43,245 nucleotides of DNA from Octopus bimaculoides (Eukaryota), in assembly GCF_001194135.2 (NCBI RefSeq), contig NC_069004.1, positions 4,665,509 through 4,708,753 on the forward strand, in the 5' to 3' direction. A model generated the notes under the pieces. The model did no database searches and had not been told where the DNA came from. It saw only the letters and a program-made list of their open reading frames with translations. Shown in pieces: positions 12,003 to 24,700 of this stretch; position 1 is the stretch's first letter; each line of letters starts with the position of its first letter. The translations under genes were made by a program, and so were the position numbers.

Positions 12003-12544
12003 CTACAAAAGAACAAACCTTCCCCCCGCCAGACACAACAGCAGCAGGAACAAAAATATTAACGTGTCTTAATCGTGCGAACTTCTATAGAAATCTGTAC
12101 ATCATTATTGATTTTTTTTCTTTTTAAATCAGACACAAAAGCCATGAATATATTGAAAAAATAAAGGAAGAACGATATTGTTGTAATTTTTATTGATACC
12201 ATTAATACTTATTGTTGTTGTTGTTGCTGCTGTTGTAGTTGTTGTCTCCTCTCAGGTCTGCTATGATCAAACAGATGCATGATCAAAGTGATTCCTACCA
12301 TGACCGTCTTGTCTTTGTTCTGTCTAGACATTTTAATGCTTTGACAATGTTATCCAAAATGTCCGCTGTGTTTCTTTTTAACTAGGTAATGTTATATATG
12401 ATTTTATGGATATCTCATTGCTATTTCTAGCTGCTAGAATGACCACCAATATTTCCATTTGTTTACTACGAATGTGACACATGAGTGGTGCGTTGTGGCA
12501 TTTTATACGTCGTTTCTATATACAGCCTTTGATATCTTACCCCA

Positions 12545-12690
12545 CGCCTTCTAACGGTTCGCCAAAAGAGACCGATAGTATAGGTACTACGCTTACAAAA
12601 ATAAATGGCCTGGTGTCGATTTCTTCAAGCAAAGGCAGTGCTGCAGGTTGGCCGCAGTCAGACGACCGAAACAAATACGGGAATAAAAGA
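12545..12690 (+). mobile_element. SINE family A, 3' half
   Basis: aacggttcgccaaaagagaccgatag...aaaggcagtgctgcaggttggccgcagtcagacgaccgaaacaa. Confidence 0.8.
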
Positions 12691-13175
12691 CTATTCTATG
12701 CGATGTCACTTCTGGAACGCAGTCGATCGTAGCTTTACAGAAACCTTTCTGAAAATGGACTGAACACGGCAACAACAACAACCCCAAGAACAAAACAGCA
12801 GCATTGGTACAATCTAAAGCTGAAGAGAATTTGATTATGTTCGGAGAAGTAAAGCAGGTCACAGACGTGGATCGAGAAATCAGCTTAATGAGAGCAAATC
12901 TCACTTCTTAAGACGTTTGCTCTCCCAATGTGTAATTTTAAACGTATTTCAGTACAATGTGAATCAGTATTAACGAAGGATGTAACAATCGCCATTATGT
13001 TACATGCATAGCTATACAGGTTTACTAGTGTGCTCTTTAAACCAATTAAACTTTGTATTGCACATAGCCGGCTCAATTGCGTTTTTCTGAATAATCTTTA
13101 TCTTTCTTTAGCTTTCTATTCTCTCTCTCTCTCTCTCTGTCTGTCTCTCTCTCTCTGTATCTCTCTCTCTGTCTG

Positions 13176-13207
<32 letters not shown>

Positions 13208-13457
13208 TCTGTCTCTCTCTGTCTCTGTCTCTCTCTCCCGCTCGCTCTCTCGCTGTGTATGTTTCTCTATCTAACTTACTCTCTATAGTTTGCAGACTTC
13301 TACATCACACGTCGTCCACTATCTTTCCCCATGTATTTACGTCTATCATTTTCCACCTAGCTACCCCTTGTATGTATATATATATATATATATATATAAA
13401 TGCATATGACTAGACACACATATATATATATATATACATACATATATACAGGGATTT

Positions 13458-13500
<43 letters not shown>

Positions 13501-14056
13501 TGTGTGTACATATCTATTTATCAATGCACAAAGCGTATATATTTATATGCACACACATAAATATATATGCGGTTAGTCGATTGTGCGCGATTGTGTGTGT
13601 ATGTGTGTGTATGGGTGTGCGTATGTGTGTGTATGTTTGTGTATGTTTGTGTATGTTTGTGTGTGTGTGTGTATGTGTGTGTGTGTGTGTGCGTGTGTGT
13701 GTGTGTGTGCGTGTGTGTGTGTGATACTATTTTCCCCTCGTATCCTTCTCCTTTTCTCGCCCACGCTATCTCTCTCTTTCACTCCCTGTTTTTCTTTCTC
13801 CAAACTTTCATTATGCATTGCTTGAAATAAGATGCACTAATTACAATAGGTTTCAAACATGCATATGCGCACATGCAGAATGGAGCATTAGGAATGCATA
13901 CAGTTGTATTGAATAAGACATGATATTGTTGATGCTGTTGCTGTTGTCGCTGTTTAGCTTCAGGTCAATAACGATCGTGACCTTTTCATCTACAAGAATT
14001 GTGCGGTGTGCGGTCTTATGTATGTAGTATAAAGATATATATGTATGTATGCATGA

Positions 14057-14133
<77 letters not shown>

Positions 14134-14173
14134 TGTATGTATGTATGTGTGTGTGTGTATCTATCTATATGTG

Positions 14174-14251
<78 letters not shown>

Positions 14252-14465
14252 GACATATGCAGATACATATAGACATATATTTATAGATAGATATAGATTT
14301 AAATATTCATGTATTTATATATGTATATACTTAGATATATACATATGCATAAATATATTGATATATGTATTAATATAGACATTTAAATACACACATATAT
14401 ATATACACACATACTTATATGTGTGTATTATATTCATATATGGACCTGTCAATCTTCCTATCTAC

Positions 14466-14541
<76 letters not shown>

Positions 14542-14718
14542 GTGTCTGTCTGTCTATATGTCTATATTTCTAAATATATACATATGTGTGTACGTATGAG
14601 AGGGAGAGAGAGAGAGTGTGTGTATCAAACCATCTCTCACTGTTTCTCTCTGTCTATCATATTCCTGCGCATGCGTTCACAGGTACGTGTGTGTCTACGA
14701 GGATGTTTGTCTGCTCAC

Positions 14719-14760
14719 CTGCTGTCAATATTGATTCCCGTCATGTTCCACGACACAGCG
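14719..14760 (-). CDS. Candidate exon (42 nt, 2->2), AVSWNMTGINIDS
   Basis: Acceptor ttaaacctattttatag, donor CAG|GTGAGC; only one frame open; N-M-T sequon. Confidence 0.5.
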
Positions 14761-14978
14761 CTATAAAATAGGTTTAATATACATACACGCATGGGATCAT
14801 ACACGAGCACACGCTCATATATACCTACGCATGAATATGTATGTATACAGGAGATGCGGTTTCGAGTCTCCAATACAACCTTCGATTTTTATATCCCAGG
14901 GCTTCATTCGTGATCTATTTACATCCCATTTTAAAATAAATTTATGTTCTTCCAGGGCAAGTGTTTCCAAAACGAATC

Positions 14979-15370
14979 GGCTGTGTGGTAAGAACTTTGC
15001 TTCCCAACTGCATGGTTCTGAGTTCAGTTCCTCTGTGTGGCAACTTTGGCAAGTGATTTTTGCTATAGCCTCGAACCTACCAAAGCCTTGTGAGTGAAAT
15101 TGATAGATAGAAACTGAAAGAAACCCGTTGTATACATATATATATATGTATGTGTGTGTGTGTGTATGTGTGTGTATGCGTGCGTGTTTGTGTGTGTATG
15201 TTTGTGTCAGTGTTTGTCTCCCAACAGGGCTTGACAACTGGTGTTGATGTTTTTACGTAACCTAGCGGTTCAGTAAAAGTGGCTGAAAATATAAAGCATT
15301 AAAAAGTATATACTGTGGCCGATCCATTCGACTGAAAATTCTTCAAGGTGGTGTTCCAGCATGGCCACCG
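14979..15370 (+). mobile_element. SINE family A, near full-length: tRNA head, internal (TA)/(TG) microsatellite, body, LINE-like tail
   Basis: ggctgtgtggtaag (A box), ggttctgagttcagttcc (B box), microsatellite 15141-15205, gcttgacaactggtgttg...ggtggtgttccagcatggcc. Confidence 0.85.
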
Positions 15371-15544
15371 TTGGATACTGCTGTCCTCTTTTGTGTTTTC
15401 TGTCCTGATACAGGTTCATTTTGGACTTTATATAGTAGAATGTCAATTTACTTATATACAGAATATTTTATAATTATATACATATTTATAACGAGGGATC
15501 GACTTTACGCCTCACCACGCACAGCAAGAAATAGACGCTATCTA

Positions 15545-15603
<59 letters not shown>

Positions 15604-16029
15604 NNNNNNNNNNNNNNNNNNNNNNNNNNNNNNNNNNNNNNNNNNNNNNNNNNNNNNNNNNNNNNNNNNNNNNNNNNNNNNNNNNNNNNNNNNNNNNNNN
15701 NNNNNNNNNNNNNNNNNNNNNNNNNNNNNNNNNNNNNNNNNNNNNNNNNNNNNNNNNNNNNNNNNNNNNNNNNNNNNNNNNNNNNNNNNNNNNNNNNNNN
15801 NNNNNNNNNNNNNNNNNNNNNNNNNNNNNNNNNNNNNNNNNNNNNNNNNNNNNNNNNNNNNNNNNNNNNNNNNNNNNNNNNNNNNNNNNNNNNNNNNNNN
15901 NNNNNNNNNNNNNNNNNNNNNNNNNNNNNNNNNNNNNNNNNNNNNNNNNNNNNNNNNNNNNNNNNNNNNNNNNNNNNNNNNNNNNNNNNNNNNNNNNNNN
16001 NNNNNNNNNNNNNNNNTATATATATATAT

Positions 16030-16140
16030 AGGCGAAAGAAACGTATAGAATAAGTGCTAGACCTCAAGATATGTATTCAGGTCAATGTCTTCGGTGCTTT
16101 GGCTTCGGCGTCGTCCAATAACTGCAACAAGTAAAAAAAA
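16030..16140 (+). mobile_element. SINE family A, diverged 3' fragment
   Basis: ggcgaaagaaacgtatagaataagtgctag...actgcaacaagtaaaaaaaa. Confidence 0.55.
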
Positions 16141-16469
16141 ACTAAACGATAAAGATACGCCAATAAATTATGAACCAAATCTGTAACAAACGTTATATTA
16201 AGTACATATCCATGTTCAAGTTCGTTACATCTTATCAAAGATGTTCCATATTTCGTAATAATTCTTGACGATTACTAAGTCTAAACACAGCTCCGAAATA
16301 CTCTAGTCCCATAAAGATTCAACACATTCACGCTCTTATAACCAAATAGCGGTAATAGTTATGCCACCGTATTTTTTGGCTGGCGATGCTATCTGTTATA
16401 ACAATGACCCTTGATACGTTGTTACATACTGCTATACGCCAGAATAACATTACGTTGTTACAATTACTG

Positions 16470-16510
16470 CATTCTGATGAAGAGGCAGCGAAGCTCTTTA
16501 AACGTTAATG
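16470..16510 (+). ncRNA. Degenerate minimal type I hammerhead-ribozyme-like motif (probably inactive)
   Basis: CATT-CTGATGA-AGAG(gcagcgaag)CTCT-tTAAAC-GTT-AATG: helix I, core, helix II and palindromic AACGTT are present; G12 is missing. Confidence 0.4.
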
Positions 16511-17415
16511 GTCGAATGGATTCTAGAACGCCATTAGGAACGGTATTGTTATAAACTCTGTATATGAAAGGCTGATAAAGAAATAGGAAAAATCCTTACT
16601 GGAGATCAAACACGAACTTAATCATGTCTTTAAATACGAATACATGTGTGCATGTGTATATGCCTGTGTGGTGCATTATTGCGCGCAAATATATATATAT
16701 ATATATATATACATGTGGATAAATATAATAATATAATCATGTTTGCATCTATATCTAAATATATACATATATATATATACATGTGTGTATACATACATAT
16801 ANNNNNNNNNNNNNNNNNNNNNNNNNNNNNNNNNNNNNNNNNNNNNNNNNNNNNNNNNNNNNNNNNNNNNNNNNNNNNNNNNNNNNNNNNNNNNNNNNNN
16901 NNNNNNNNNNNNNNNNNNNNNNNNNNNNNNNNNNNNNNNNNNNNNNNNNNNNNNNNNNNNNNNNNNNNNNNNNNNNNNNNNNNNNNNNNNNNNNNNNNNN
17001 NNNNNNNNNNNNNNNNNNNNNNNNNNNNNNNNNNNNNNNNNNNNNNNNNNNNNNNNNNNNNNNNNNNNNNNNNNNNNNNNNNNNNNNNNNNNNNNNNNNN
17101 NNNNNNNNNNNNNNNNNNNNNNNNNNNNNNNNNNNNNNNNNNNNNNNNNNNNNNNNNNNNNNNNNNNNNNNNNNNNNNNNNNNNNNNNNNNNNNNNNNNN
17201 NNNNNNNNNNNNNNNNNNNNNNNNNNNNNNNNNNNNNNNNNNNNNNNNNNNNNNNNNNNNNNNNNNNNNNNNNNNNNNNNNNNNNNNNNNNNNNNNNNNN
17301 NNNNNNNNNNNNNNNNNNNNNNNNNNNNNNNNNNNNNNNNNNNNNNNNNNNNNNNNNNNNNNNNNNNNNNNCATATGTGTGTCTGTTTATGCCAGAATAT
17401 GCCTGAATACCTCAC

Positions 17416-17457
<42 letters not shown>

Positions 17458-17986
17458 CACACACACATACCGCTTCTATGCATTATACTATATTTACCGA
17501 GACACTTCCACAAGTACAATGCACTCCCAATTCCTTCGCTTAATACATTATCTCATCATATTTTCGCTTAACATAAAACAAGAAACAAGAAACCCAATTA
17601 TATCCGGTTTACGTAACACTTAACAATGTGTTCACTGCTTTCTATTACATTATATTGCACAATATTGCATTAGAGGACAAAGCACCGCGTGGTATTGAAT
17701 TCCATTAAGTAACATCGTGTCATTATCCAAGCAGCAAAAGAGGTCGACTCCGTTGCAGTGAAAACCACAGATAGCCAGATTAATATGATTAAACATTATT
17801 TAATGTTTTTCTTTCCTTCTTTCTTGCTCTCCTTTTGTTTCCATGTATATTTCTTTGTACCTTTTCTTTCTTACTCTCTTTCTCTTCGGGTCGGATTTTC
17901 TTCTTCACTTCTCTCTGTTCTATATTTCGTTGTCTTTCTTGATTTCTTATTTTATCTGTATCTCTTCAACATTCTTATACCCTATT

Positions 17987-18029
<43 letters not shown>

Positions 18030-18566
18030 NNNNNNNNNNCTATCTATCTATCTATCTATCTATCTATATCTATATCTATATCTATATCTGTATGCATATT
18101 TGTGTGTATGCGTACGTGCTTGTGTGTATGTGTAAGTGTTTTCATCAATATTTTAAAATATATAGTCGTATACAAATATCAGAATATATCCATCTCTATG
18201 TGTGTGTCTATGTAGTCCTATGGGTATTAAAATTTATATATGATTGTATAGACATTCGAGTGTATGCATAATTAATCAATTTCTGTATTTACTGTTTTGT
18301 TCCACGTATATTTTATAATTTGTAAACTTTCCGATGTTGATTTCGAACGTGTCTTTCGAACATGTTTCCCTGAGACATCGTGCATGGGAGAAACTGTGCT
18401 TTGTATGCCAGTAGAATTACATTTTATTTTTGTGATTATTTTCGTTAAAAGGCCGCTTCCTTCAAGTTTTCCACGGGTTCCTTTTCTCATTCCACCGATT
18501 TTATTAGATTAGATTTGTTTATGTATGGAGATCCCGGTGTAGCACGTCTATGTTATTATTATTATG

Positions 18567-18626
<60 letters not shown>

Positions 18627-19402
18627 AATACTTTCGTCTCCTTTCTCACAGGTTCTACGTTTGATCCATTACCGAGTTTTATCAATCTTTGCCTTTATTA
18701 TATTCATCCTAATCTCTTCTTCCTGAACCGCTGCTCGGAATCGAACCATCAGTTTCTGCTCTGATATGTGATGAATTAACAGTTCTCCATGTAGAGTAGC
18801 TTTTCACTGCAGAAGCTTCTAACTATCATATCATTATAACTAGAAGCGGTCCTTTTAGACATATCTCTTTTCCGACGATATATCGGAGTCTCACATAGTT
18901 ATTCTGCCTTTAATATTCGTAATTATAGCTGTGGGATATTTGGAAATGCTCGCGAATATTTATCGTATCATCGTTTCAATATATGTAGCAATTTGTTTGC
19001 ATGTGTTTAAACCTACTGTTACATATAGGGAGATGACCATTGATAAGTTATTGCTAATGGTAATTTGTAAACCAAACTCGTCAACTATTCCAATTAATTA
19101 TTTCTTTGTTTTTGTTTTTCATTTGTTTTGTTTTATAAATGTGTTTCTGTGTATAATCGACTAAAACCCTTTCAGAAATATTTCCTAATTTGGCTGCATT
19201 CCAACACTGAAACCATTAACACCAAAAACCATTAAATATTTGTGTGTTGATTACGTATCTATTCCGATATGTCACCTCAGAATATAGAGTCAGTAATGAT
19301 ATCGGAAATCTAAAAAGAGATCGAATTGAAGGTTGGCGTTCTATCACTTTTGCCAAATGACGCTCAAACACTCTAAATCGGCTAATTGTGCATTGAACTT
19401 AC

Positions 19403-19447
19403 ACTCCTGAGCTAATATCATAGACATGTTTGATAATTTCTCTAATG
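19403..19447 (-). CDS. Candidate exon (45 nt, or 48 nt from the NAGNAG site at 19450; 2->2), IREIIKHVYDISSG
   Basis: Acceptor ttaacctttgcatcttttgaagcag, donor AGT|GTAAGT. Confidence 0.5.
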
Positions 19448-19898
19448 CTGCTTCAAAAGATGCAAAGGTTAATTAAAAGATGATAAGATGATTTACATGA
19501 TTTCAGAGCTACATACTTAGATGAATATCTGGTACTAAATTAATTTTGTAACTAATAATCAGCATAACCGGCCCCGGGTTATAAAGTAGATTCAATTTTA
19601 TTTCGAATGCTAAGTTGTAATTTGGTCATACAAATCTGTTTGTATCAGATTGTATGTGATAGGACATTGAGAACCCTTGAAGGACTTCCCATCAATTTTC
19701 ATTTAATTTAAATTCTTCTTTGTTGTTTTCTGTTGTTTAAATAGTCTTAGTAAGTCTTGCTAATGTTCATGTCTCAGAATTTATTGCAGTATAACATTAG
19801 ATGATTCTGTTCCCAGACCGTTTTAATTTCTCACTCAATGTGTTTAGGACAGATTTTTGTCAGATGAGCAATGAGATATTCCCAATGAAATGACGTAC

Positions 19899-19926
19899 CA
19901 GTTAGCAGTGTATGGTACGTCGGTAT
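19899..19926 (-). CDS. Candidate micro-exon (28 nt, 1->2), TDVPYTAN
   Basis: Acceptor gtatttattgccag, donor CTG|GTACGT. Confidence 0.45.
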
Positions 19927-20045
19927 CTGGCAATAAATACTTAACTTTCATTATTCCATTCGCTTTTACTAAATGCACAACTTCAGTGCCTGATAAGCAA
20001 CCTCAAGTATTAATTGCGGTCTTGTGATTGACTTAGCTTTTAAAC

Positions 20046-20351
20046 CAGGGATCGGGGAACTTTTCTAACCAATTACTCCAAAATATATTTATTTACACCG
20101 TAGTTACTCCCTTGGTTTGAAAGGAAGAAAATCATAAATTCTTTGAATTCAAAAGGCTTATTGAATCTATTTTATTAAATTGATTTATATGAATCTATTT
20201 TCACGTCCATTACATTGGACAGATACAATGTTACCAGAAGGAAAACTTCTGTCGTAACTAGGAACACGTTTTTTTGTATAATTTTTACTTGTCTTCATTA
20301 CCCCTCATGAATTTCATCTTGGGGTGATTTACTCCGAATCGCCGACACCTG
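20046..20351. mobile_element. hAT-superfamily MITE (306 bp)
   Basis: Imperfect TIRs cagggatcggggaa / atcgccgacacctg; 8-bp TSD ttttaaac (20038-45) versus ttttagac (20352-59), 7/8 identical. Confidence 0.75.
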
Positions 20352-20621
20352 TTTTAGACGGTTTATTCTGTTCTTTGCTAAACTCCACCTTTCAGACTAT
20401 TTTAGTGCAGAAAATAGCAGATTTAAATTTATGGCTCCATAGCGTATTTTCCAGTGATCATTGTCCTCGTTCGTTTTCAGTTCTGACATATATTTATCTC
20501 TTCTACATATTCCCTTTTCTTATGTACGGTGTTGTATTCGTGTTACGTACAAAACTAAGAAAACTTTGTTTTACCTTTTCACCATTCTATCTCTTCGAAA
20601 TAAAGACAAACTACCAATCAA

Positions 20622-20696
20622 CCTAAATCGATTTACTCCTTTACTCCTCTCTCCGTAAGGTTACTTGCCTTGTGCCAAAATTTGAAACCATTATTA
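20622..20696 (+). mobile_element. SINE family B, 3' fragment
   Basis: aatcgatttactcc...gccttgtgccaaaatttgaaaccattattatt. Confidence 0.6.
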
Positions 20697-21323
20697 TTTG
20701 AAATCTTTATTTAGTTTATTCTTCCATTAATCTTTTTTTAATTGTATGATCCAAAAGAGATTTAGCTGTCATTACTAGCAATTGAAAAAGCCACGTAGCG
20801 GCGCCATATTTGGCGCGAAAGAATTGGTTAAAAGCTTGTACGAAACAACGTGGTGGAGCCGATGTCGTATGTCTGTTTGAAACTGTGTGAAATATAAAAG
20901 GAATATGCTATAAATAAATTCACAAAGTAAGCTAAAAAAAAAGAACGCTTGTGAAGATGTCAGCTATTGTCATTGTTAGCTTGTGACTAGAGAAGAAAAT
21001 AACGGCTTATTATGGTGGTGGAAATAGTAATCAAATTTCTTAGAAATCACAAAAACATCTTACGAAAACACACAGTGGTTGCGCTGCTACATTTGCTGAA
21101 TACAGAGAAATATAGGATGGTTACGGATGAAATGTCTATAATCATAATTCTGCTCAATGAGAGCTGGGACGGGGGTTAAGTAGCAACACCAACAACAACA
21201 TGAAAAACAATGAAAATAGCAGTTAAATTGAACGACTACCGTTTAGTGAGGGTGTAAATTGGAAACGCATTAACTGACTGAGAACCAGAGTCACCGGGCG
21301 CAAGGTGACACATAACAAATACA

Positions 21324-21489
21324 GGCGCAGGGTAAAGCTGTGTGGTTAAGAAATTTGCTTTGCAACTACAGGGTTTCGGGTTCAATCCCGATCGTCGGTA
21401 CCTTAGATAAATGACCTTTACTATAGCTTCGGGTTCACCAATGATTTGTGAGTCAATTTGGTAAACAGAAACCAAGCGGCTAAATCGTA

Positions 21490-21569
<80 letters not shown>

Positions 21570-22030
21570 GCGTATAAAAAGGGATGACCACTAAGTGGAC
21601 ATCTGATATGCTAGAAAGAGGTCATCAACGACCCAACCACAAAGAAAAATAATGTTCTCCAGACAAAAATTCAGCAAACACCAGAACATAAGCGGGCAAG
21701 ACAAAATGAAAAATATACAAAATAAAGAATTAATGGTGTACCGATTTCACCATTAACTTTTTACGTAAGAAAAAAGTTAATGGCGAAACAATTCTTTATT
21801 CTGTATATTATTCATATATATTGGCATCTTTGTGCATGTGTTTCTTGTCCACTTACTACTTGACAAATGCTACGTTCCTGTAACTTAGCAGTTCGGTAAA
21901 AGTCACTAATAGAATAATTGCCAGGCTTTAGAAATGTAAAGTACTACAATCGATCTATCTGAGTAATACTCCTGAAAGCAGTACCCCAGGATTGCCGCAC
22001 TCAATTAACTGAAACAACTAAAGGACGAAC
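21324..22030 (+). mobile_element. SINE family A split by (TA)n and a ~260 bp insert
   Basis: Head 21324-21484 (ggcgcagg...gctgtgtggttaag...ggttcaatccc), (TA)n 21485-21567, insert, then body/tail 21831-22030 (gtaacttagcagttcgg...actgaaacaactaaag). Confidence 0.75.
21706..21815. repeat. ~110 bp palindrome (miniature hairpin element)
   Basis: aatatacaaaataaagaatt..caccattaacttttt / aaaaaagttaatggcg..aattctttattctgtatatt. Confidence 0.85.
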
Positions 22031-22892
22031 GATAAAAGATCAATAGAAGCATGGCTCCTTGAATGATGCACTGATACGACTGTTGAACAGAGTGACGTGT
22101 TTTGAAAGAGCGTTCGTCGAGAAGTCTTCCTCTAATTCACTAAACCTCACTTTGACTCTCATCTCACTTAATACAATAGAAATACTGAGGAACGAGTTCA
22201 ATTTTAGCTGAACAAAAACATGTTCAATTTAGCCGAAAGTGAAGCGGACATGTTAAAGCAGACGACGGCGCTATGACCGCTATCTCGTTAGACTAACTTA
22301 TTAAAATCGCCATGTTACGTCTTTCGATTTTTCACCTCCATCTAAATTAAACGGCAAAACTGAGAAGCATTTTCAAAACCTTTCTCGACAGGAAACTCTT
22401 GAAAGTATTTTCTTTTCTATCTTGGATTTCTTTCGATCTATTTTCTCTCATCTATTATCTATTCTACCCTGTTCTGTGTGCTTATTATTATTATTTTTTT
22501 TTTTTGCTTTCTTTTTGTGTTTCTCGTCCATTACTCGTCTATTATCGTTCACATCTTATTTTTTTTCTTTTGCGTGTGTGTATATATATGCATGTGTATG
22601 TTTGTGTGTGTATGTGCATGTTTGTGTGTGCTATACCTTCATTTCTTCATTTTATCTTTCAACATTTCCATTCTACATTTTTTTTAAACAATTTTTTTTA
22701 TCTTCTCTATAACTTCATCTTTTTTTTTATTTTTCATCACGTATTTTTAGAGTTTTTTCATTCATTTGTGTTTCTTATATTTTTACATTTTTTCTCTCAG
22801 TTTTTGAACACACACACACACATACACACACATTCACACATACACTCATGTATATTTACATATATATGTATAAATTTACATACACATATCTA

Positions 22893-22935
<43 letters not shown>

Positions 22936-22991
22936 ATGTATATGATTATATACACATATATGTGTGCGTATATATGTATATATCTGTATAA

Positions 22992-23027
<36 letters not shown>

Positions 23028-23889
23028 NNNNNNNNNNNNNNNNNNNNNNNNNNNNNNNNNNNNNNNNNNNNNNNNNNNNNNNNNNNNNNNNNNNNNNNNN
23101 NNNNNNNNNNNNNNNNNNNNNNNNNNNNNNNNNNNNNNNNNNNNNNNNNNNNNNNNNNNNNNNNNNNNNNNNNNNNNNNNNNNNNNNNNNNNNNNNNNNN
23201 NNNNNNNNNNNNNNNNNNNNNNNNNNNNNNNNNNNNNNNNNNNNNNNNNNNNNNNNNNNNNNNNNNNNNNNNNNNNNNNNNNNNNNNNNNNNNNNNNNNN
23301 NNNNNNNNNNNNNNNNNNNNNNNNNNNNNNNNNNNNNNNNNNNNNNNNNNNNNNNNNNNNNNNNNNNNNNNNNNNNNNNNNNNNNNNNNNNNNNNNNNNN
23401 NNNNNNNNNNNNNNNNNNNNNNNNNNNNNNNNNNNNNNNNNNNNNNNNNNNNNNNNNNNNNNNNNNNNNNNNNNNNNNNNNNNNNNNNNNNNNNNNNNNN
23501 NNNNNNNNNNNNNNNNNNNNNNNNNNNNNNNNNNNNNNNNNNNNNNNNNNNNNNNNNNNNNNNNNNNNNNNNNNNNNNNNNNNNNNNNNNNNNNNNNNNN
23601 NNNNNNNNNNNNNNNNNNNNNNNNNNNNNNNNNNNNNNNNNNNNNNNNNNNNNNNNNNNNNNNNNNNNNNNNNNNNNNNNNNNNNNNNNNNNNNNNNNNN
23701 NNNNNNNNNNNNNNNNNNNNNNNNNNNNNNNNNNNNNNNNNNNNNNNNNNNNNNNNNNNNNNNNNNNNNNNNNNNNNNNNNNNNNNNNNNNNNNNNNNNN
23801 NNNNNNNNNNNNNNNNNNNNNNNNNNNNNATATATATATGCACACATACATATATATCATTAAAACAAAGCTCAATTCTGATAGGAACC

Positions 23890-23927
23890 ACACAACAACA
23901 ATACCGTCGACGACACCATCTACAGCG

Positions 23928-23966
<39 letters not shown>

Positions 23967-23995
23967 GCAGCAGCAACAGCAGCAGCAACACCAAT
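23890..23995. repeat. (CAA/CAG)n microsatellite
   Basis: Directly visible. Confidence 0.9.
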
Positions 23996-24109
23996 AACAT
24001 TAAAGTTGATGCCAGAGCTAAATGCAAATACGTTTCTTATCTTAAAATTTAAATAGAATATTTTTCCGTATTTTTTTTTTCACCGTGATGGGTTTTTTTT
24101 GGTACTTTT

Positions 24110-24625
24110 TATTCTTGTCGTTGTTATTTTTATTGTTATTATTGTTGAACATTTGGTAATTTCACGAAAATCTCTACTGCATCACTTGCTAGATGTCGGT
24201 GGTGTTGGTCTCTGTGCATCATTATTCGTTCTTTTTTGTTGTCGGGGGGGGTCTGCAAACTCTTCCCGCTATTGTATTGCATCAATTTGTTGTCTTCTGA
24301 GTTGTGATGCAGTCTTTTCTTGTAGTAGTGTTTCTATTGAGTGTTGTGTGTGTAATGCGTTGGGTTTCTTGCCTGCTGGTGTTAGTTTTTTTTCATTGGA
24401 TATTTGCTGTTTAGATTCTCTTGTGATTGTGGATTTGTTTTGTTTAGGTTGTATGATTGAGTTGATAGTGTTTTATGTAGGACGTGGGCTGTTCTTAGCA
24501 GAGCTATTTTTTGGACAGTGTGTAGTGTTGAGCATCCGGGTATAGCTTCTACCACTTTGTTCATATACTTCTTTATCAGGCCCAGTCTTCCAGTTCTTAA
24601 TGGTATAGTTTTCACCTTCAAATCC
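24110..24625 (-). mobile_element. 3' end of REL-endonuclease non-LTR retrotransposon (R4/Dong-like)
   Basis: VKTIPLRTGRLGLIKKYMNKVVEAIPGCSTLHTVQKIALLRTAHVLHKTLS matches the conserved IP...GALG.......QK.ALLGTA.IL C-terminus; ends in an (AAT/AAC)-rich tail. Confidence 0.8.
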
Positions 24626-24647
24626 CAAATAATAACAACAACAACAA

Positions 24648-24700
24648 AGGCGGTGCTCCAGCATGGCCGCAGTCAAATGACAGAAACAAGTAAAAGAAAA
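24648..24700 (+). mobile_element. SINE A / LINE shared 3' tail only
   Basis: ggcggtgctccagcatggccgcagtcaaatgacagaaacaagtaaaaga. Confidence 0.85.

Noticed and set aside
14979-15050. tRNA genes at A/B-box motifs (also 6490, 10357, 21324)
   Set aside because: No cloverleaf; each continues into a SINE body.
3080-19308. Additional minus-strand exon candidates (3160, 4682, 6196, 6400, 6880, 8276, 8830, 10135, 16620, 19275-19308)
   Set aside because: One splice site weak or frame incompatible with the chain; listed because skipping them weakens the statistical force of the gene model.
14719-19447. BRICHOS-, ependymin- or C-type-lectin-like resemblance of the predicted peptide (YDISSGVAV)
   Set aside because: Only a 2-3 residue pattern; the expected cysteines are not found in the chain.
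20745-20820. YY1-like cgccatattt and ATG GCG CCG start
   Set aside because: Lies in a dispersed repeat (gagatttagctgtcattactagc, similar to 12415 and 21605), and the ORF stops after 10 codons.
23838-24056. PolyQ / poly-A-T ORFs
   Set aside because: Translation of a (CAA/CAG)n microsatellite beside a gap; no splice or context support.
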